From positions 1 to 52,831 of IMG/VR virus record IMGVR_UViG_3300025668_000001: a DNA stretch of 52,831 bases; one strand, given 5' to 3'. Under the pieces are notes generated by a model, which did no database searches, was not told where the DNA came from, and was given only the letters and a program-made list of their open reading frames with translations. Of this stretch, positions 9,331 to 17,041 are shown one piece after another (position 1 is the stretch's first letter; every line of letters begins with the position of its first letter). Source of the stretch: a virus. Taxonomy: Duplodnaviria; Caudoviricetes. The position numbers and the translations under genes were made by a program.

Positions 9331-9625
9331 CTTGACACCCCTCAGAGCCATTTTCCGGCCCTCTGAGTGGGGGGTTATCGGCCCGGGCACTACATATCAA
9401 AAAAACCCGTTCCCTGTATTCAGGGCCAATAATGTCTTTTTAGAGGTGTATTATGGCCCGTTTTGTACTGTATTTTTTCAGCCCTATATATAGTGACCAT
9501 TTAAGTTCCCAAGATGGGGAATTCTTTGTCACCTGATAAAGGGCTTGCAAATCACATTAGTTGAATGCTAAGGGTGGGCATGGCCGGAGGCCTGTCAAAT
9601 TTTTATCTAACTTGGAGACTGACCA

Positions 9626-10612
9626 ATGAACACTTACACAAACCTTTCGCACCTCTCACCTGAAATCATTTCTCTTGCACAGCGTTTGCATGAGCGCCAA
9701 CAGGCCGAGCAGCCCAGCCCAGCAATGAAGCGCCTGTTTCCTGCTCTGGATAAAACCGGGTTCACCGCCGAGGCTGTCGAGCTATTCCATGAAATGAACG
9801 GCACAGAAAACAACTACGGCGAATTCGCCGGGGTTCCTGAGAACGTGGGCCGCCTGATCCGCCGCACCGATACCAACCAGCCTTTGGGTGTGGTGGGTGA
9901 ACGCTACGCAATCGCACAGAATGGTGATCTGGCCGCTAAACTGGCCGAGGGCTGCGAGGCTGCACTTCCTACCCGGGCGCTGCAAAACATCGAACTGCGG
10001 GAAAGCATCAGCCGCAACGGGCGGTTCAGCCGCTTCGAATATTCTTTTCCTGAACTGGGCGCAGACATCCGCCAGCTAACAGGCCGCAGCACTTCCCTCA
10101 AATTCCGGGTTGCGGTGGTCAATGGATTTTCAGGCACGAGTATCCGTGCGACGGCAGGCGCAATCGATTGGTATTGCGACAATGGCATGACGTTTGGAGA
10201 GTTCGAAACCTCTGTTTTCCGCCATACGTCCGGCTTTAACCCAAACAAGGTAAAGCAGTTTGTGACGCTCGAGGCCGAGCGGTTCAAAGAGCGTGTGAGC
10301 ATCTGGCAGCGTTGGGCCTTGAATGAGATCAACCCATCCGAGGCCGAGCTTTGCTTAGAGGAAGCCGGGATGGCTGGCCGCACAATCAAGCGTGTAATGG
10401 AGCAGCTAGACCTCGAGGCGCAAGAACGTGGAATGACAACGTGGGCCGTATATTCAGCGTTGACCTACCGCTCGAGCCACAACAGCGAACGGTTTGGCGT
10501 CCGCAATTCCAACAATATAGACAATGTGGCCGAGGTGTTGGATCGCCGTGAGCGTGAGGTGGGCCAGATCATAAGTCATCCGGCAATGGCACGGATCGGC
10601 ATGGCCGCCTAA
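9626..10612 (+). CDS. DUF932-family protein
   Basis: R-TDTNQPLGVVGERY..QN, VNGFSG and CDNGM...RHT pattern typical of DUF932. Confidence 0.75.
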   Translation: MNTYTNLSHLSPEIISLAQRLHERQQAEQPSPAMKRLFPALDKTGFTAEAVELFHEMNGTENNYGEFAGVPENVGRLIRRTDTNQPLGVVGERYAIAQNGDLAAKLAEGCEAALPTRALQNIELRESISRNGRFSRFEYSFPELGADIRQLTGRSTSLKFRVAVVNGFSGTSIRATAGAIDWYCDNGMTFGEFETSVFRHTSGFNPNKVKQFVTLEAERFKERVSIWQRWALNEINPSEAELCLEEAGMAGRTIKRVMEQLDLEAQERGMTTWAVYSALTYRSSHNSERFGVRNSNNIDNVAEVLDRREREVGQIISHPAMARIGMAA

Positions 10613-10613
10613 A

Positions 10614-10691
10614 GTCGAAACGCCCGGTTCATCGCCGGGCGTCTGCCGGGAAGGCTCCACACAATGTGGCCCGGTACTGATGAGACAAGCC
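10614..10691 (+). ncRNA. Hammerhead ribozyme, type II (copy 1), predicted cleavage after C10643
   Basis: GTC-GAAA-[CGCCCGG/CCGGGCG]-TC-[TGCCGGG/CCCGGTA]-CTGATGA-GAC; complete catalytic core; tail AGCC can pair with bulge GGCT. Confidence 0.92.
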
Positions 10692-10713
10692 CCCTAACTT
10701 GGAGACTGACCAA

Positions 10714-11259
10714 ATGAACACTCAAACCAAAATCACCCTGACAGGTTCAACACCCGCCGAGACTGTTTCCGGCCCTAAGTGGGTTGCCACTAAGACCCGC
10801 ACCGCTTGGGCGCATGGTGCTGTGATCGCAGAGAGCCGCCGACAGGGCCGCACCTTGCAGACGCTGGCTGAGGAGTATGGTGTGAGCATTGGCACAATTG
10901 ATCGGATCGCCGAGGCGCAGCCGCAGCCGCTGGCCCATGATCGGAGGGCATTGTTGAACGCCAAGACATTGCTGGACGCTGTACAGGCTGCCCGTGATGC
11001 CCGGAATGATATGGCCGCCCAGTTGCTCGAGGCGCAGCACGATTTGGCCAATGCGAAGCTGGGCGAGGCGTCCGCCATTGCACGGCTCAACGATCCGAGC
11101 GTGGCTAACAAGTGGAAGGCCGAGGCGCACCAAGAATATTTGCGCCGGGATGAGGCCGAGCGTGACCGGGCGGCAGCGGAGGCACAGATCGAAATGATGG
11201 CCGAGCGGCTGGCAGAATGTCGGGGCCGGGGTTTCTGGGCACGGGTATTCAATCGCTAA
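10714..11259 (+). CDS. HTH + coiled-coil protein (181 aa)
   Basis: TLQTLAEEYGVSIGTIDRI HTH, Ala-rich coil, C-terminal GFWARVF. Confidence 0.7.
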   Translation: MNTQTKITLTGSTPAETVSGPKWVATKTRTAWAHGAVIAESRRQGRTLQTLAEEYGVSIGTIDRIAEAQPQPLAHDRRALLNAKTLLDAVQAARDARNDMAAQLLEAQHDLANAKLGEASAIARLNDPSVANKWKAEAHQEYLRRDEAERDRAAAEAQIEMMAERLAECRGRGFWARVFNR

Positions 11260-11333
11260 GTCGAAACCGGGGCGCTGCCCCGGTCTGCGGGATAGGCTGC
11301 ACACAACGTGCTCCCGTACTGATGAGACAAGCC
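11260..11333 (+). ncRNA. Hammerhead ribozyme, type II (copy 2), predicted cleavage after C11285
   Basis: GTC-GAAA-[CCGGGGC/GCCCCGG]-TC-[TGCGGGA/TCCCGTA]-CTGATGA-GAC-AAGCC; stems covary with copy 1. Confidence 0.92.
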
Positions 11334-11355
11334 GCTAACTTGGAGACTGACCACA

Positions 11356-11691
11356 ATGAAACTTTTGACCAAAGCAAACCGCACGAAGCTCGAGGCAAAC
11401 GCCCGGAAGACTGAGATCGAAGGCGAAGACGATCACCGCCCGGTGGTTAAACTGTTTGACCCCTGCGGCGCTGCCACTTGGCTGTTGACCGAGATTGAGG
11501 GCGACATTGCCTTTGGCCTCTGTGATCTGGGCATGGGTTCGCCGGAGCTTGGCAGCGTATCGATCACCGAGCTTGAGGCCATCAAGGGGCCGCTGGGGAT
11601 CGGTATTGAGCGGGACCAATACTTTGAGGCTGAGATGACGATCTCAGAATATGCCGAGGCCGCCCGTGCCTCTGGCTCGATTGCAGCGTAA
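11356..11691 (+). CDS. DUF2958-family protein
   Basis: PVVKLFDPCGAATWLLTE, AFGLCDLGMGSPELGSV and IERD motifs. Confidence 0.85.
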   Translation: MKLLTKANRTKLEANARKTEIEGEDDHRPVVKLFDPCGAATWLLTEIEGDIAFGLCDLGMGSPELGSVSITELEAIKGPLGIGIERDQYFEAEMTISEYAEAARASGSIAA

Positions 11692-11704
11692 GGGGGGCGA
11701 GATC

Positions 11705-12199
11705 ATGGGATTGGATATGTACCTATCAGGCGATAAATACTTCGTGCCAGATCATAAAACCCTACAGGCTGAGTATGAGGCCGGGAAAGAACGCCCCGGC
11801 CCTTCAGAGGCCCGGACACTGGGCAAGCCTGTCGATGCGGATGGTGAGCACATCAGTAGCAGCCAGCACGATCTGGGGTATTGGCGCAAGTTCGCACCGC
11901 TGCACAATTACATCGTCCAGAACTTCGCCAATGGTGTGGATGAATGCCAGCAGATCGAACTAACAGAGGACGATTTGGAAAAGATCGCTGTGGCCCTGAC
12001 AGATGGTGCCCTGCCATCTAATGACGACTGCGGCGGGTTCTTTTTTGGCTCGAGTGATGTGTGGGATGAATACCGGGCCGAGGCTGCACAGCATGCCGCA
12101 AAGATCCGGGCAGCCGCCCAGTGGATCAACAGCTCCCCACTTCACCCCAGCGGATCTTGTGCACAGTGGCGCAGCGTCCACTATCAGGCGAGTTGGTGA
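11705..12199 (+). CDS. Conserved phage hypothetical protein
   Basis: MGLDMYL...GYWRK..LHNY...GFFFG...YQASW family pattern. Confidence 0.8.
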   Translation: MGLDMYLSGDKYFVPDHKTLQAEYEAGKERPGPSEARTLGKPVDADGEHISSSQHDLGYWRKFAPLHNYIVQNFANGVDECQQIELTEDDLEKIAVALTDGALPSNDDCGGFFFGSSDVWDEYRAEAAQHAAKIRAAAQWINSSPLHPSGSCAQWRSVHYQASW

Positions 12200-12200
12200 G

Positions 12201-12431
12201 ATGACCTACCAGCAACTGAGCCAATACGTTTGCAGCAAGTGCGGGTCTGATCACCTTGGCTGGGATGCTTGGGCTGATGAAAACGGCCAAGTGATCGGCG
12301 TAATGGATTTCAACCAGTGTCTAGATGCAGAGTGCGGTGCGGAAAGTACAGCCGTCTTGCGCATCGATCTGGAGACACAGGGCACCGCCGAGGCCTTGGA
12401 GCGAGTGAACGAGCAGGAGGGCGCAGCATGA
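12201..12431 (+). CDS. Small putative zinc-ribbon protein (76 aa)
   Basis: CSKC...CLDAEC. Confidence 0.65.
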   Translation: MTYQQLSQYVCSKCGSDHLGWDAWADENGQVIGVMDFNQCLDAECGAESTAVLRIDLETQGTAEALERVNEQEGAA

Positions 12432-12622
12432 GCGAGGTTCCCCTAACAGAGGCGCAGCGCCTATCGATTAAACAGGTTCACGCCCGGTTCGAAATCCTGC
12501 AACCGCTCGATCAGTTCACCGCATCCGCAAAGCCTCAACTGGGCTGGGATGATGGCTCGATCCTGATCAACGCCAAAGGGATGTGGATTGGCATTGAGGC
12601 GGACGGCAGCCGCCACAGCTAA
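12428..12622 (+). CDS. Hypothetical protein (64 aa)
   Basis: AGGAGG SD, ATGA overlap, ends WIGIEADGSRHS. Confidence 0.75.
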   Translation: MSEVPLTEAQRLSIKQVHARFEILQPLDQFTASAKPQLGWDDGSILINAKGMWIGIEADGSRHS

Positions 12623-12648
12623 CAGCCACCACCACAGAACAACATCAG

Positions 12649-12677
12649 AGGCCCGGTTAACCCCCGGGCCTTTTCTT
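12649..12677 (+). terminator. Terminator closing the early operon
   Basis: AGGCCCGG/CCGGGCCT stem followed by TTTCTT. Confidence 0.8.
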
Positions 12678-12849
12678 ATGCCTGAGAGCCACACAGAGCC
12701 ACGCACAGGGCCGTTAACAGTTACGGCATGAGGTGACACCTACCAGAGGGGCGACAAGGGCACTCAGACGGGCGCACAGAGGCTCTCAGAGATGGGCCGC
12801 CTGAGATGGCTGCACCGGGCGCAGGATCGGGACGCTGGCCGGGATCGAT

Positions 12850-12946
12850 CACCCGGGCGATGTCGTGACGGGATGCAGCAAGGCGGACACCCGGGCGATG
12901 TCGTGACGGGATGCAGCAAGGCGGACACCCGGGCGGACACCCGGGC
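12850..12946. repeat. Tandem repeat: two 38-bp units plus two short CACCCGGGC copies
   Basis: CACCCGGGCGATGTCGTGACGGGATGCAGCAAGGCGGA at 12850 and 12888; CACCCGGGC again at 12926 and 12938. Confidence 0.9.
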
Positions 12947-13462
12947 CAGAGGTGACGGGATATCGTACACCCGGCGGCCCCTCCCGCTTTCGCCTGTGAT
13001 ACGGCAACGGCTAGAGATCGGAGGCTATTTCCCCAGCCCACGAACAAACCACGGCAATCCGCCCGGGCTATATGGGGTAGGGGTCTCGCAATCCCGGGGC
13101 CGATACCTAAGAGGTAACAGGCCGAGGCCTCGAAACACTGGCCCGAGCCTCAAAGCCCAATGAAATAAGGGGCTTCCGGCCACGATCAAGCCGCTCAGAC
13201 CCCTGCCGCACCCCCCATGCGAGTGCCACCGGGGGGGTACCCGGTAGCGTATACCACTCTGACCAAATCTGGGGATTTTAGCACCGTAAATGACCCGGGT
13301 GCGGACCCGAGGAATTGGTTATGTCAAAGCACAAAGCGGTATTTCGGGGAAGATATCCGGTAAAGTGTCAATAACTCGGTTCTCTAAACGCTACTAGTAT
13401 GGGGAAATAGGGTAGGCTGACCGTCTGAGCCTTAGTTAGGGGTCAATATATGCACCTAACTG

Positions 13463-13491
13463 TTGACCTACACCCTAGACTTAGTTATTGT
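13463..13491 (+). promoter_or_regulatory. Sigma70-like promoter
   Basis: TTGACC-17bp-TATTGT. Confidence 0.65.
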
Positions 13492-13542
13492 ACCTCTATC
13501 TGGGGTAATATCCCGGGTATGCGCCAGCTAAGAGGATCTGAT

Positions 13543-13878
13543 ATGTCGGATTATGGCGTCAGCTTAGACTTAGAGGTGCCAGTTTACCTCGAACATGACC
13601 TTGAGGTGGACGATGATGGGACGCTGTACCTTAATTCGTTCCTCTACATCGGAGATAACGACGACTCGACGGAGGTTCGGATAGAATTCCAGCCTTTGGT
13701 GGAGTCGGTGGTCGATGTAGCCCGGGATTTCAACGACGGCTATAAGCAGTTGTACGGTATTGCCCATGAATTTGATCGCCACGCCGCTCGTATGCGTGAG
13801 TTAGCCGAGAAGATGGAGGATTCGGTAGTTAATATCGGAGATCTATTCGAAGTCGGAGATCTCGACGATGTGGAGTGA
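13543..13878 (+). CDS. Acidic hypothetical protein (111 aa)
   Basis: GAGGA SD before ATG 13543. Confidence 0.75.
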   Translation: MSDYGVSLDLEVPVYLEHDLEVDDDGTLYLNSFLYIGDNDDSTEVRIEFQPLVESVVDVARDFNDGYKQLYGIAHEFDRHAARMRELAEKMEDSVVNIGDLFEVGDLDDVE

Positions 13879-14257
13879 CTCAGAGCTAGTAGATTTCTCC
13901 AAAGCAGAGATGCTTGAGGCTCATGTACGCAAGAAGCTGGCTAATAACCTAGCGGTGGCCGCTAACAAGTGCAGAGAACAAGGCCTACCGTTTAATATTA
14001 CGGCGGATGACCTCATGCCAGCGCCTCTGAAGTGTCCTGTCTTCGGATTTAAGCTCGACTGGTACAAGGATGGACGAGGCGGGGCCGACGATAGCCCTAG
14101 TATAGACCGTCTCATCCCTGAAGAGGGATATGTGCCCGGTAATGTCACGCTAATATCTCTCAAGGCCAACCGTATTAAGAACGACAGTGATCTGTCAGAG
14201 CTTCGTATGGTAGCAGACTGGGTAGAGGCCCAGATAACGGAAAAGGCCCGAGCATAA
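13868..14257 (+). CDS. HNH-like endonuclease
   Basis: CPVFG...SPSIDRLIP..GYVPGNV..IS..AN..KND. Confidence 0.75.
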   Translation: MWSDSELVDFSKAEMLEAHVRKKLANNLAVAANKCREQGLPFNITADDLMPAPLKCPVFGFKLDWYKDGRGGADDSPSIDRLIPEEGYVPGNVTLISLKANRIKNDSDLSELRMVADWVEAQITEKARA

Positions 14258-14337
14258 AGCTCGAGCCTCTCAGATACACTATCACCACCTTGTAGATGTA
14301 ACCAAGGCTAGGGTATATTTAGCCCCCCCTAACCACA
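14241..14337 (-). ncRNA. Candidate sRNA (~95 nt)
   Basis: Promoter TTGCCA-17-TACAAT (14372-14344) and terminator AGGCTCGAGC-TTTAT-GCTCGGGCCT-TTT; no ORF between them. Confidence 0.5.
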
Positions 14338-14399
14338 ATTAGGATTGTAGCACGGATTTCGTGTTTTGGCAATACTAAATCCAATACCTACACTTACCG

Positions 14400-14429
14400 T
14401 TGACCTTGTTGTGCCATTTGAGGTATAAT
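14400..14429 (+). promoter_or_regulatory. Sigma70-like promoter of the late arm
   Basis: TTGACC-18bp-TATAAT. Confidence 0.7.
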
Positions 14430-14467
14430 TATTGGGTGGCGGATACTCCATACAGTGAGTAACTTAC

Positions 14468-14725
14468 TTGTCCATCAACTTACATTACATTCGTGCAGCC
14501 ATTGAGGCTAATACAGGGGTCCGTCTCACTCTCGAGCGCACCCGGGAGTATTTAGTCGAAGAGGGTCTTATTACCCAGCGGCAAGCGGATAAAGAAGCAA
14601 TGATCTTTCGAGGCTATGGCGAGTTCTTCCAAGAAGACAACCCCTCCACCCTTATCAAGGAAGATCCTCAAGACGTTAGAGACGATCTCCGTAGAGAGAT
14701 TCGTAATTTGGAGAATTCACGATGA
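14468..14725 (+). CDS. Hypothetical protein (85 aa)
   Basis: ORF directly after the promoter, ATGA overlap with the next gene. Confidence 0.7.
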   Translation: MSINLHYIRAAIEANTGVRLTLERTREYLVEEGLITQRQADKEAMIFRGYGEFFQEDNPSTLIKEDPQDVRDDLRREIRNLENSR

Positions 14726-14922
14726 AAGTGACTAAGGCTAACTGTGGTGCGTCTGTTAAGGCAGCTATGGGCGGATATATGGAAGTAGGTAAGGGTAAGG
14801 GGTTCTCCTCCGGCGGTATGGCCGAGAAGAAGCGTACCTCCAAGGCCAAAGAGGCCGGTACCTACAAAAAGGGTGAAATGGTTGAAGCCAGCTACGGCGG
14901 CATGGCTAAGAAGAAGAAGTAA
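14722..14922 (+). CDS. Small basic protein with repeated xxxGGM motifs
   Basis: GGAG SD; Lys-rich. Confidence 0.75.
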   Translation: MKVTKANCGASVKAAMGGYMEVGKGKGFSSGGMAEKKRTSKAKEAGTYKKGEMVEASYGGMAKKKK

Positions 14923-15116
14923 TGGCTGCGTGGGTGGCCTTGGTGTATATGTGCAGCCCATTAGGGGCTTCATGTAACATGATAGGATCACCCAACCTGT
15001 TCCTCCAAAAAGAGGACTGCCGACGAGAAATGATCTCTGTAGCCAAATATTACGAGGCACAGCAATTTCTAGTACACGGCTTCTGCCACGAAGTTAAGTT
15101 AGATCATACCGCATAG
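14922..15116 (+). CDS. Hypothetical protein (64 aa, 4 Cys)
   Basis: TAATG translational coupling. Confidence 0.65.
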   Translation: MAAWVALVYMCSPLGASCNMIGSPNLFLQKEDCRREMISVAKYYEAQQFLVHGFCHEVKLDHTA

Positions 15117-15196
15117 CGGGTATTCCAATTATGCACCTACTACGCACTTAACTAGGTGCGATATAATTATCTCTGGACCAAGCAAAGGAGATAATT

Positions 15197-15346
15197 ATGG
15201 GCTGGTTAAAATCAATACACAAAGCAATTTCTGAAGCACAGATGCGCCGGGTGGCGTACTGGCAGCTACAGAACTTAACAGACAAAGATCTCAAGGACAT
15301 CGGGATAACCCGAGGCGAGATCAGAGAAGCCGCAAGAGGTATCTAA
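15197..15346 (+). CDS. DUF1127 (YjiS-like) small protein, 49 aa, not in ORF track
   Basis: MGWLKSIHKAISEAQMRRVAYWQLQNLTDKDLKDIGITRGEI...; AAGGAG SD; TATAAT at 15162. Confidence 0.85.
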   Translation: MGWLKSIHKAISEAQMRRVAYWQLQNLTDKDLKDIGITRGEIREAARGI

Positions 15347-15376
15347 TACCCGGGCTTCCACTCACGGGGCGGGAAC

Positions 15377-15838
15377 ATGATAGCAGAGCTTGCGGCGTTT
15401 AACGCTGCGTTTGGCGTCGTTAAGACAGCTATTACACACGGAAGAGATATAGCATCCTGCGCCAAGTCTATCGGGGACATGATAGGGGCGCAGGAATCTC
15501 TTAGGGCACGAGGCGAAAAGAAGAAGAACAGTATTTGGTACTCTCTAGCGGGTAAGGATACCAACGACTTTGAAGAGTTTATGGCCCTCGAGCAAATTAA
15601 GGAGCAACGCAAAGAACTCCTACAGGCTCTCCAGCTACTAGGCCGCCCGGGCCTTAAAGACGACTACCTTAGGTTTGAGGCGGAAGCCAGACGGCAGCGA
15701 CGGACAGACGCCGCAGAGGCGGAGGCCCGAGCCTCTAAGATAATAGAGTGGGGCGTTGGTATACTGGCAGTCCTCACAGCTATTGGTCTTATGGGGTATG
15801 GTCTATTCATCCTCGGTAGGTCTCAAGGTAAATGGTGA
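15377..15838 (+). CDS. Hypothetical membrane-anchored protein
   Basis: Coiled-coil-like body with a C-terminal hydrophobic helix. Confidence 0.8.
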   Translation: MIAELAAFNAAFGVVKTAITHGRDIASCAKSIGDMIGAQESLRARGEKKKNSIWYSLAGKDTNDFEEFMALEQIKEQRKELLQALQLLGRPGLKDDYLRFEAEARRQRRTDAAEAEARASKIIEWGVGILAVLTAIGLMGYGLFILGRSQGKW

Positions 15839-16002
15839 TCTGGCCTTTAGTGGCAGTGGGATACGCAATGGTATTCTTCAACGCCCAGCCTCCTTCCACA
15901 TTCGTGAAGGTCTGCAAATACCAAAACCCCAACAATCAGTTTGCGACGGAGACCCATTGGGTTTGGCCAGAGCAACACTGCCCACCCGGAATAAAGAGAT
16001 AG
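15832..16002 (+). CDS. Small hypothetical protein (56 aa), not in ORF track
   Basis: MVIWPLVAVGYAMVFF...VCKY...HCPPGIKR fills the gap between neighbours. Confidence 0.55.
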   Translation: MVIWPLVAVGYAMVFFNAQPPSTFVKVCKYQNPNNQFATETHWVWPEQHCPPGIKR

Positions 16003-16007
16003 ATTGA

Positions 16008-16247
16008 ATGGCTGTCGATAAATCCAAGATGAAGTGCAACAAACCACGACGGACGCCAGACGGCTCTAAGAAGTTTGTGGTTAAGGCTTGCAAGGACGGC
16101 AAAGAGAAGATTGTCCGATACGGCGATTCCAACATGACTATCAAGAAATCTAACCCTAAACGGCGCAAGTCCTTTCGGTCTCGCCATAACTGCGACACAG
16201 CCACGGACAAATTTACTGCCCGTTACTGGTCGTGTAAGAATTGGTGA
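16008..16247 (+). CDS. Basic conserved phage protein (DUF6321-like)
   Basis: KKFVVKAC...IVRYGD...RRKSFRSRHNC...ARYWSCKNW. Confidence 0.75.
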   Translation: MAVDKSKMKCNKPRRTPDGSKKFVVKACKDGKEKIVRYGDSNMTIKKSNPKRRKSFRSRHNCDTATDKFTARYWSCKNW

Positions 16248-16251
16248 TAGT

Positions 16252-16389
16252 ATGTCCCTAGTTAAGAACATCAGAAATGCCCAGAAGAAGGGCACAGCTA
16301 AGTCTAAGAAGAACAGCACAGTGAGTGCGAAGGCATATAAAGACATGCAAAAAGGCTGGCCTAAAAAAGGGAAGAAAAAGAAGCGATGA
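16252..16389 (+). CDS. Small Lys-rich protein (45 aa), not in ORF track
   Basis: MSLVKNIRNAQKKG...GWPKKGKKKKR; ATGA overlap with the next gene. Confidence 0.7.
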   Translation: MSLVKNIRNAQKKGTAKSKKNSTVSAKAYKDMQKGWPKKGKKKKR

Positions 16390-16652
16390 CGGATGATAGG
16401 CTAAGTCGCATGGAAGAGAAGATTGATAGATTATCGGATGCAGTGGTTGCTATGGCTCGTATGGAAGAGCGTATGATCAGTGTGTTTAAGCGTCTTGAGG
16501 CCTTCGATTCCTCCTACAGAAAAATAGACGAACGAATGGATGATATGGAAAGACAAGCAATAGCTCGTGGCCAGAAGATAGCTTTTGCTGAGAGGTTCTT
16601 CTGGATGATATGCACAGGCGCAGTCGGCCTTGCATTTATATATTTGAGGTAA
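16386..16652 (+). CDS. Coiled-coil protein with C-terminal TM helix (XhlA/holin-like)
   Basis: Heptad-rich N-terminus and hydrophobic C-terminus. Confidence 0.65.
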   Translation: MTDDRLSRMEEKIDRLSDAVVAMARMEERMISVFKRLEAFDSSYRKIDERMDDMERQAIARGQKIAFAERFFWMICTGAVGLAFIYLR

Positions 16653-16654
16653 TT

Positions 16655-17041
16655 ATGGACGGTCCTAAAAAATTATCAGACAGACAGGAAGCATTCCTAG
16701 ACGCTCTCTTAGGAGACGCCCGGGGTAATGTACGTCAGGCCATGCGAACCGCTGGCTATTCTGACTCCACCCGTACCTCTGAGGCTATTGCGCCAATCAA
16801 AGACGAGATTGTTGATCGAGCGTCCATGCTATTGGCGTCTAATGCGCCAAAGGCTGCATTTGGTATCTTAGGGGTATTGGATGACCCGAGCGCAATGGGC
16901 GCACGGAATGCTGTGGCTGCTGCCCGTGAGGTGCTGGACCGTTCTGGTTTGGTGAAGAAGGAACAGGTTGAGGTCAAAGGGGTAGAGGGTGGTATTTTCA
17001 TCCTTCCGCCGAAGAAGACTGAAGAAGATGGCTTGGGATAA
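16655..17041 (+). CDS. terS: Putative terminase small subunit
   Basis: LSDRQEAFLDAL...A...AGYS HTH pattern; immediately upstream of TerL. Confidence 0.7.
   Translation: MDGPKKLSDRQEAFLDALLGDARGNVRQAMRTAGYSDSTRTSEAIAPIKDEIVDRASMLLASNAPKAAFGILGVLDDPSAMGARNAVAAAREVLDRSGLVKKEQVEVKGVEGGIFILPPKKTEEDGLG

Noticed and set aside
8619-10713. Shared METDQ N-terminal peptide in ORFs 8619 and 10699
   Set aside because: It is a translation of the repeated RBS leader; the real starts are probably 8634 and 10714
12850-12946. CRISPR array
   Set aside because: The units are directly adjacent with no unique spacers, and there is no cas operon; the Cas4-like nuclease sits in an ordinary replication context
12721-13163. 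ORFs over the repeat zone
   Set aside because: Low-complexity Arg/Pro/Gly translations of GC-rich repeats with no convincing SD
8500-13300. T7-like RNA polymerase or additional hammerheads
   Set aside because: No ORF of suitable size or motif, and no further CTGATGA/GAAA core with stems was seen before the other leaders
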